Source: Haliotis rubra
Taxonomy: Eukaryota
Reading direction: 5' to 3'
NCBI RefSeq assembly: GCF_003918875.1
Contig: NW_025765403.1
Span: 1,674,001 to 1,738,000 of the forward strand
DNA length: 64,000 bases
Below are positions 1-9,600 of this stretch, one piece after another. The translations under genes and the position numbers were made by a program. Every line of letters begins with the position of its first letter. Position 1 is the stretch's first letter. The notes below the pieces were generated by a model. That model was given only the letters and a program-made list of their open reading frames with translations, was not told the DNA's origin and ran no database searches.

Positions 1-377
1 TTTGCCAGATCTGCGATCCAGCCACAATAAGACCCCTACTTCCCGGTCAAGCTGTCTGTGATCAGTATATATACCGAGTGCTATGGTTACTATGTAGTCA
101 CTCACTAATGAAGACATTCCTCTTTGCCACGGGGTCAAGGGTGCGCATGGTACCTATTCGTGATGTGCTGGACGCTCTGCTGTTAAGGTTCATCGTGTGT
201 GTCTGGCTAGCTGGTCTGGGTTTCTTTTGTGTTTAGGACTTGAGATAAAAAGGTTTTATATCTGGAACTAAATGTTCAGTGTCTGGCATTAAGTGCATTA
301 TTGAGGTATTTCATTATGAGGATAGAATAACAATATGTAATATTGCCGCTCCAGCCTATACATGTACATATTAATTA

Positions 378-1793
378 GGACGAGGGTATAAGTTCCCGTA
401 TATGTGATGGACGAGGGTATAAGTTCCCGTATATGTGATATGTGATGGTTCGTTCATGTTCATGCATCATGTAAATTGGATGGGAGTATAAATACGAGTA
501 TGTGTGATGTGTGTATATTTCGTTTATATATAATCTGAGTTGGTTGGGAGAAAAGATTCCCGTATATGTGACATGTGTGTATCTTTCGTTCTTGTATATG
601 TATAATGTGAATTAGGAGCAGAAAATCCCGTATATGTGACTGCGTTAATATTTAGCGTTACATCGGCAATATTTCAGCCATATCGTGACCCCGTATATGT
701 GTGTGTGTATCATTCGTTCATGTATATGTATAATTTTGGTTGGGAGTATAAATTTCATGTATATCTAATGTGTGCATATTTCGTTCATGTTCATGAACAA
801 TGTGAGTTGGTTGGGAGTATAAATTCATGTATATGTGATGTGTGTATATTTCGTTAGTGTTAATGCGAGTTGGTTTGGAGCATAAATTCCTTTATATGTG
901 ATCTGCGTATATTCCTTCATGAATAATGTGAGTTTGTTTGGAGTATAAATTCCCGTATATGTTATGTGTGTACATTTCGTTCATGAATAAGGTGAGTTGA
1001 TTGGGAGTATAAATTCCAGTATATCTATTGAGTGTATATTTCGTTCATATTCATGAATAATGTGAGTTGGGTTGGAGTATAAATTCCTGTATATTTGATG
1101 TGTGTACATTTCGTTCATGAATAATGTGAGTTGGGTTGGAGTATAAATTCCCGTATATCTAATGTGTATATATTTCGTTCATGTTTATGAATAAAGTGCG
1201 TTGGCTGGGAGTATAAATTCATGTATGTGCGATGTGTGTAATTTTTATTCATGTTCATGTGAGTTGGCTTGGAGTACAAATTCCAGTATGTGTGATGTGT
1301 GTATATTTCGTTCATATTCATGAATAATGTGAGTTGGTTTGGAGTATAACTTCAAGTATATGTGATCTATGTATATTTCCTTTATGTTCATGTACAATGT
1401 TAGTTGACTGGGGGTATAAAATCCCGTATATGTGAAGTGTGTATATTTCGTTCCTACATAATGTGTGTTAGTTCGGAGTATAAGATCCCGTATATGTGAT
1501 GTGTGGTGCTTTGTACATGTTCATGAATAATGTGAGTTGGTTTGTAGTTAGATAAATCCCCGTATATCTATTGAGTGTATATTTCTTTCATGTTCATATA
1601 TAATGTGAGTTGTTTTTGGAGTATTAATTGACGTATATGTGATGTGTTTATACTTCGTTAATGTTCATGTGAGTTGGTTTGGAGTATAATTTCAAGTATA
1701 TGTGATCTATGTATATTTCGTTCATGTTCATGTGTAATGTGAGTTGATTGGGAGTATACATTCCCCAATGTGATGTATGTATCTTTCGTTCAT
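378..1793. repeat. Degenerate minisatellite, ~63-70-bp unit, about 20 copies
   Basis: Recurring unit GTTCATGAATAATGTGAGTTGGTTGGGAGTATAAATTCCCGTATATGTGATGTGTGTATATTTC, with no unique spacers. Confidence 0.95.
639..689 (-). mobile_element. Extremely 5'-truncated insertion of the I-group LINE 3' tail
   Basis: The reverse complement reads GTCACGATATGGCTGAAATATTGCCGATGTAACG..., matching the LINE end at 25663-25715. TSD CCCGTATATGTG at 627-638 and 690-701. Confidence 0.8.
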
Positions 1794-3329
1794 GCACACG
1801 TACGTTCATTATAAAATGTGTTCATTCTAATTTTGGAAGCAGAATAACTCATTGTGTTTACCTGACATGCATACAAACTACACGTAATAAACATGGCCTG
1901 TTAAAAACCCGAAACGCTTTAACCGCGTGTTCGTACGCTTCCAGCAGGTATTGTACTCATATTACACACACCTGATCCAGAAAACCCCAGAGCAATGGGG
2001 AGTTGAGTTGTATATAGTTAGTTCCAGACTTTACCAGTGAGTGTAACAATCCAGCTAACATGAACATTACTTCTTTTGCCATTATTCACTTGGTGCATTC
2101 TCAAAATCTTATTCAGTTTCATTTGGATGATACGTTTACCGAATGAGGATCAATCATATTACACAAGATGTATAGGTACAAGCACCACAGTATAAGTATA
2201 TGTAACACTTTCACATTTCACAAGGATTAGGAATAAAATCTAACGTTGAGGAGCATTTACTATTTTGGAATGACACCTTCGCTACTAAACACTAACAGCA
2301 TTCATAAGAAACTGAACCAGGAAAATCACGATATACATTTGGATAAATACAGATACATTTATGCTGAAATAGTTCAGAGGTGAGCGCAGTTCATTTCCTG
2401 AAGAGACTTGGCTGGCTCACACCACTCGCCTAACGTAAGGTCAACAGTCAAGAGTGGAACAAACAATAGCTTTGAAATCACCTCACCATTAGTTCTAATC
2501 CACCCATCCTGCAATGAGAATGATGAACGATGGACACAGATCATCTACTGGGAGATATTGATATAGATAAATATAGAACAACAAGTCTCAAAGACACGAT
2601 GTCCGTTGGTATAAAATTCATAAAATAGCAGTAGATCTCACACCATTAGTACTTTCAAAAAGGCTTTTGAAGTTGTGTGTATAACGACAAACTTAACATG
2701 AGATTTACCTGAAATAACGATAAACAGATGAGGATATACACAAATTCACACCTAAAGTGTCATGTTTGTCAAATAGTAGCATTTAATTAAGTTTTGTCAT
2801 CATTGATATTCTTTTCTTGATAACACCTTTGGTTTACTGATCTTACATATGTAGGTGTACGACTGTCGATGAGGAATGAAAGACCCGATGAGATAACAGA
2901 TCACCTGAGAACCTTAAGACCCTGAGACATATTGTCAAACCGTGAAACATTACCGCGTCGATACGGGAACTCGAACCCACAACCCACAAACCACAACCCA
3001 TAACCCACGACCCAACTCGACACAGCGAATGGTGTCAACCTATACGATCATATTACCCCTTACCCCATCCTAGTTGTGATCGTGATGTACGTCAGTGTAT
3101 ATGAATGCAACGTGAAGCAACGGTTTGAAGTATTTTGCAGTGAGACTGACTACTTATCACCCGGTTTGGTTAACTGATTTGAAACGACCTCTGGAGCCCC
3201 GGCTCAGTCTACCCAATCACATGACCTGTCACGTATATTTCTGAGTATATATAGGGAGAGCATTTTGATCTTGTGACACCTGTTACTTTGCCATCTGCTG
3301 GACATACATTGAAGGCCGCACTGATTTGG

Positions 3330-3476
3330 CAAATAATCGAGTCAGCAGGTTCATCGATCTGCGCAATCGTGACATATAATAAATGACCACCCGATCCCGT
3401 TATCGCCTCTTAGCCAAGTAGTGTTCAAGCACATGGGTTGCTGAAGACCTATTCTATCCCGGATCTTCACGGGTCC
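3330..3476 (-). mobile_element. SINE family C (non-tRNA head GACCCGTGAAGATCC), partial
   Basis: Matches the copies at 4825-5076 and 29704-29914. Confidence 0.75.
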
Positions 3477-3554
3477 TGCTGGAGAAATCAGTATTCAGTG
3501 TCGGTATAATACATGTGAAGATAACAATCAGAGAAATGAGTATCTAAGTGAAGA

Positions 3555-3720
3555 GTGAGTGAGTGAATATGGTTTTACGCCGCTTTTAGCAATATTCCAG
3601 CAATATCACGGCGGGGGACACCAGGAATGGGCTTCACACTTTGTACCCATGTGGGGAATCGAACCCGGGTCTTCGGCTTGACGAGCGAACGCTTTAACCA
3701 CTAGGCTACCCCACCGCCCC
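3555..3720 (-). mobile_element. tRNA(Asp-like)-derived SINE, family A
   Basis: A box TAGCCTAGTGG, B box GTTCGATTCC and an (ACTC)n tail. TSD TCTAAGTGAAGA at 3543-3554 and 3721-3732. Confidence 0.9.
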
Positions 3721-4242
3721 TCTAAGTGAAGAAGCACTATAGACGTTTGGACAAAAGCGGACACACACCCACGCACACACGCATGCACGCGCACGCACGC
3801 ACACTCACGCACGCACACACGTCGATATATAATTGGAAGAATATGTCATGAGAACATGCTTTTTGTGACAGTATGATTATCAGAGCATGAAAAAGCAGCC
3901 GTCGGTAGGATAAAAATGCTTGTTGGATACATGACAAATATAAACAATCTGAAATGATATTTGATTCTCCGACAAAAATTAAATCTCGCACTTTGTTTTG
4001 TTTAAAAGATAGGACGAAACGAATGAAACGGCAATATCTTGATTAAATGGTTTAAACATTCATATTTTGTTTCCGCAACTTGTAAACGGACTGGATTGGT
4101 AAACAAGTATTGCGATTTACATAAATACTGCTCAAGTAATACACAAATTAGAAACGAAAAGAGAATTAGTACAATCAAGGTAGAAATATATAGCCAATAA
4201 TAGATAATACCAGTGAATATGATGGAGGTGTGTCGGGTATGA

Positions 4243-4404
4243 CTGACTGAGTTTGGTTTTACGCCGCTTTTAGCGATATTCAAGCAACATCATGGCGGGG
4301 AACACCAGAAATGGGCTTCGTACATTGTACCCATGTGGGGATTCGAACGTGGATCTTCGGCGTGACGAGCCAACGCTTTAACAACTAGGCTACCCCACCG
4401 CCCC
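4243..4404 (-). mobile_element. SINE family A
   Basis: Same consensus. TSD TGTCGGGTATGA at 4231-4242 and 4405-4416. Confidence 0.9.
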
Positions 4405-4824
4405 TGTCGGGTATGAGGACTAAGAGGAATAAGCTACATATTCGTATATATTTCAGGGATCAATATAAAATCTTGTTGCCTGTTCAATGAAATCATGAAC
4501 AGATGCCAAAATCTTAACGTCTACGGTTTCTGCGGAATTTCCATGCAGTACAGAAGTGAGGTTAGATTCCACGGTATAAAAGTATGAATTTGATCTCGGA
4601 TGTTATATTTCTTACAGAGGTAATAAGTATTATCCTTACGTATTGAACCACAGGAACACTGAGATCTGTCTGTCGCACACGTGGGCATGCAAGTAGCCAC
4701 ATCCTGAGTCGAGAGTGAAAGATTTGACACATTCTTGATTCATAGTCCAGATCAAAATGTGGCGTACCCGTTGTTACTGATAAGTCGGTTGCTATGGAAC
4801 CTGCATTCGTTACAGAATATATCA

Positions 4825-5076
4825 AACTCGTGAAGGTCCGGGTTAGAATATTGATCTTCAGTAACCCATGCTTGTCGTATAGGCGACTAACGGGATCGAG
4901 TGGTCAGGCTCGCTGACTTGGTTGACACATGACATCGGTTCCCAATTACACAGATCGATGCTCATGCTGTTGCTCACTGGATTGTCTGGCCCAGACTCGA
5001 TTATTTACAGACTGCCGCCATATAGCTGGAATATTGCTGAATGCGACGTAAACCTAAACTCACTCACTCACTCACT
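4825..5076 (+). mobile_element. SINE family C, full length
   Basis: Head CGTGAAGGTCCGGGTTAGAAT..., GTCGTA(T)AGGCGACTAA and an (ACTC)n tail. TSD GAATATATCA at 4815-4824 and 5077-5086. Confidence 0.9.
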
Positions 5077-6154
5077 GAATATATCATGTCATATTTTCTT
5101 TTTGTGAAGTTTTCATTTTATTCGCTCTTAAATCATTGGCAGTTATGCACAGTTGCTAAGTTACATGACATGTTAGGCTTATCTCTGAAAGTGGGAATCA
5201 AACTTATATTTGGCACTGTTATTTCCAGACCATTCAGCATGTCCAACTGAAGTATTGCAATCGCTAGAAGAGAATTCTTGGCTTCATCAATAAATGCAAT
5301 GAAATAACTGTGTAAAACGCAGTTAGGAAAAACAATTAACTTAAACTAACCTATTCTTACTGATACTGTGGATAACCCAAAAAGGTAATTCTACAGATAA
5401 AATGGACATAAACGTGACTGTTGGCACGAAGGTATGAATCGGCCGGGGTCTGAGGTAAGTACATGTACATAACACCTGTCCCTGTGACCTCAAACCGGCC
5501 CGTGTATTTTGACAGGTGCAAATGTCATCTGATTTGGGCCGGTCTCCAAATATTTCTGCTGTTGCTATTGACAATTAAAAAGGGTTGTCAGGATAGCAGT
5601 TATGATAATCATGTACCACAGTATACGTTATATTTGGTATTGCGCGTTTTTTATTTACACCTCCAGAACTTAATATGTTTTGGGGTTGAGTCCCATCTGG
5701 GATTCGAACCCACATTCTCAGAGTGAGGCACATAATCGCCAGCGTGAAGTGTACTGTATTATATATGCTTGGAAGTATGATGCAATAATTAAAAGCTATG
5801 AAACAGAATGGTTATTAGAAGGTTGTGATTTTTCTAAATCAGGTAGTATTTTTGTTCTGTGTGCCTTATCACCCTTCTTCAACGTTGTCCATTATTATTT
5901 TATTCTCCTGTTTTTAGAAGACCTCTTTCTCATTTCTATTTATCATACCGTAAAGTCGTTGTTCTGGAAGAGCTCGACCTTAGGCTAATCGGTTATACGA
6001 TCCGTGAAGATCCGGGTTAGAATTGATCTTCAGTAACCCATGCTTGTGGTAAGAGGCCACCACTGGGATCCACGGCAAACGGGCTGCCCAATTCGGTCTA
6101 AAGACCAGCAATTGGGTGCTGTGGACCACTATGCCCCCGGGGCCACACGGGGAT

Positions 6155-6213
6155 TGAAGAGCGCTTTGCGTCACCCAGCACCCACCAGGAGGAAGCGGCT
6201 CTTCACGGGTGCC
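6155..6213 (-). ncRNA. Candidate minimal (P4-less) HDV-like self-cleaving ribozyme
   Basis: The minus strand reads GGCACCC-G-UGAAGAGCC-GCU-UCCUCCU-GGU-GGGUGCU-GG-GUGACG-CAAA-GC-GCUCUUCA. This gives a 7-bp P1 with a G1.U wobble, a UCCUC L3, GG for P1.1, a C-AAA J4/2 and an 8-9-bp P2. Folded by eye only. Confidence 0.55.
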
Positions 6214-6484
6214 CTGAAAAATATGATATCTATGAAAAATATGATTTTGCCCAGCCACGTTGCCTCTGATCCATTACATTGCTTCACACACACACGCATG
6301 CACGCACGCAAGAACACGCCGCTTTGCATGCACGCAAACAAAGCACACACATAAATACGTGTGTAAACCAATGTGAACGAAAGAAACCCGTTTTCGGACA
6401 CAGATGACATGAAAGCACCTGTCGGTATTGACACAAATCTACTTTGCGACATGAGACAGGACACGCCACCGACACGTCCAGCCC

Positions 6485-6522
6485 GATAACAGCAGTAGGT
6501 CACCCGGGATGTCTCTGACCTT
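6485..6522 (+). promoter_or_regulatory. Putative proximal promoter motifs of paralogue 1 (GATA site, AGGTCA/TGACCTT nuclear-receptor half-sites)
   Basis: GATAAC at 6485, AGGTCA at 6497-6502 and TGACCTT at 6516-6522. GATAACAGC and TGACCTTACTATG are conserved at the same distance upstream of paralogue 2 (14041-14084). Confidence 0.45.
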
Positions 6523-6611
6523 ACTATGACAGGGACTGCTTAGAGTGTCGGCTTTGTCAAGGGTGAGGTGACAGGTGGCTTGGTACACACAGTCTTCCTG
6601 AAGTTATAGCA

Positions 6612-9600
6612 ATGAGTAACGGTAAAGAGGGTGACCACAACGGGAAGGTTGGGAACTCAGAAACACATCATCCAGATGAGGATAACAACTTACTGCCTAT
6701 AGACAGAGGATGGGCTTGGGCGATACTGGGAGGTACGTATACATTGGTTGTAAGTGTATAGAGCTCGAACATAATCCTGTATTAACTTTCCGGTGCTGCA
6801 CATTTGTTTTGAGTTTAGGATATAATATGTTTCTCGACAGTCGAGCGTATTTCCTCAAAGCATTGCCCATTCTCATACAAATAGAAGCGACATGACCCTT
6901 TCCACATCCACAGAAAATCTCTGCTACAAGCAGAGCCGATTGTACAATTGTGACTATATCATGAGTATATATTTGTTTAAGCAGTATTACAGCTGTACGA
7001 GACCGCCTCCGTGGTGTAGTGGTTAGAGCGTCCGCCCGGAGAGCGGAAGGTCGCGGGTTCGATCCCCGACCACGTCATACCAAAAGACGTTAAAATATGG
7101 TACTTGTTGGTCCCTGCCTGGCGCTCGGCATTAATGGGTACAACAAGGACTGGTCGGCTCGGAGTCAGAAAACTGTGTCTGAGTTGGGTATTCATGCTTC
7201 ACTGCGGCATGGTATCTCAGTCTGGGCTAGTACAAGCAGCCGCACATACACACACACACATACACACGCATGCACGTCGTCATATGAGCGAAATATTCTC
7301 AAGCACGACGTAAAACCCAACTTCACCTCACCTCACCTGAATGGTTATTCCTACTTGCTAACAGATATGATATGTCAGGTTATCCTGCATCGATGTCAGA
7401 GACGTGCTTTTACACCAAATTCTGTAACAATCCAAATACAGACTAGTGTGGTGTCTTGCTTTATCGCTATACTCACTAGTTCAGCCACTGACTGACGAAC
7501 TCAGTTTCAATCATTCTGCTGTGGTAGTGAACCATGCGCTCTCTCGTTTACCCCTTTCTTTCAACAATATTCTTATAACGTCAATACCTATTGTAAACTC
7601 AAAGTGTTAACAATATTAACTCAATTTCACCTCACCTCACCTCACAGCTGTACGATGTTGTCTGTAAACAAACCAGACAATCCAGTGGTTGTATGACACA
7701 TTCGTAAAGTATCTGTTTCAGGATGTTTCCTGAATGCTATGCTAATGGGTGGATACAACCAATCTATGGCGCTGTTCTTTGTGGAATACCTTGAAATGTT
7801 TGGTGCATCTACAACAAGGACAACCCTAATCCTTGGGGTGAAAGCGATGTCCTACAGCCTAATGTGTAAGCAGACCAATCTTAACTAATCTGAAAAAAAG
7901 TTTAATCTTGAGATTAATGCGTCCACAAATTAATGCCACTACTGACCATAAGCCAAAAATGCTGCTCAATATATACGTGACGCTTACTTGTCAAATTATG
8001 TTTCTACTCCGTGTTTTCACTGGTGTATACGTACTTACACATTTCTACATACGGAATGCATAAGACAATTTATCCCGTGTGTCCTTCATGATGAACCTAT
8101 ATCAACCGGGTTGATATTAAATTGCACCAAGGAAGTGCAAATGAGGACTAAATGTGTATTTCTGACGAGGTAATGTATCCTGTGATTCAACATGGAGATA
8201 AAACATATTTGTAATAGGAAGGGCGCGATTGATATTTGGAAATCTCCGGTTCAACTGCCAGTCATGCTATATTTAGGTAATTCATCAAATGTGTGATTGT
8301 GTCTCTATCTTCAGAATGCAAGATCACCTATAACATTTTCGAATGTATAAATGTTATAAAATAAACGGATGCACAGCTATATCCTGTTCCTGGTACCTTA
8401 CACTGAATTGTAATTTGGCTGAAGGTTCTTTATATAACCAGTGTGATTATATTATATAGATATGTTTATGCTCTGTGATGGCTTTACTCTTCTAGCACTG
8501 GTTACTATGCACGTTGTGTTGGAGTTTCTCGGGACGAGGAAGACAGTCATGTTGGGCGGACTCCTCACAGTGTTAGCTATTCTCTCAGCCACCTTCGCGC
8601 CCAACATAATGGTCATCATATGTGTTCACAGCGTTCTTTTAGGTATGTGCTTATGCAAGTCTTGTGTCCACTAAATAGTAGGAAAGAAAAACAGTTCCTT
8701 TAAAATAGGTCCTCTGATAACTGCTTAGATGGTGTTCTCGAAAGGCTCCCAAATGGACGGACAGTGCACAATGATAGCGTTTGCCAAACTCCAAGGTACT
8801 GTACGCCTATAGGTCTTAGGAGAGTAGACAGTTCTTGGAACCTCCATGAAATGAGGACTTGTATCATGTCCTAATCTTGATTTTGCATCTTTACGAACTA
8901 AACTCTAACAGATCCATCAGATAGCATAAAGTGACAGTGTCTGTGTGTTCCAATATTATATCGTCACCAAGACAATATATCCCATACCACAATCCGTACA
9001 AGTATACAATGACAACACCTATTCTTCTGTTTCAGGAATGGGGAATTCAATGATACATGCACCAGCTTTAGTGCTGATTGGAAAATACTTCAAGAAAAGA
9101 CGAGGCCTGGCTACAACAGCTGCAAGTTCAGCGATGAGTTTAGCAAGTGTATTCCCAATATTTTCTCAATATCTGCTTGATGAATATGGCGTTCGGGGAA
9201 CAACACTCATATACACTGGTCTTACTATGAATATATGGGTAGGGGCATCCCTGTTTCGACCTCTTCACTTCTATGCAAGAAGAGTGAAACCCGAACGCAT
9301 GCAGGAAGATACAGTGGACAGTGGTGGTTCTGAAGTAAGAAAGGACATCAGGAATAATGATGCTACTTGGTCTGACAATGGACACACGAAACACACAGAG
9401 AACATTCACAATGGAAGTGTCAGGAGTTGTAACGTTGTTGTTAATGACACCTTCAATGGAGTCCTTGATCCCCAAAGCGACGGTTCCTTCAGGAAAAGAG
9501 CATACTCCGAAGGTTCTAAAAGGACCATAAAGCAGTCTGATTCAGAGTCTGACAAACTGGTATACACAAGTAACCCAGACCTCGTGAGTCTCCCAATAAT

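Noticed and set aside
378-1793. CRISPR-like array
   Set aside because: Contiguous degenerate units without unique spacers, in a eukaryotic context with no cas genes.
2300-2760. Possible decayed LINE RT fragment on the minus strand
   Set aside because: Only a weak FKAIVCSTLD-like motif; not enough to call.
7001-7075. tRNA gene (also the family A heads, e.g. 22034-22105 and 43808-43880)
   Set aside because: No proper acceptor stem. Each continues into a SINE body and tail, often with TSDs.
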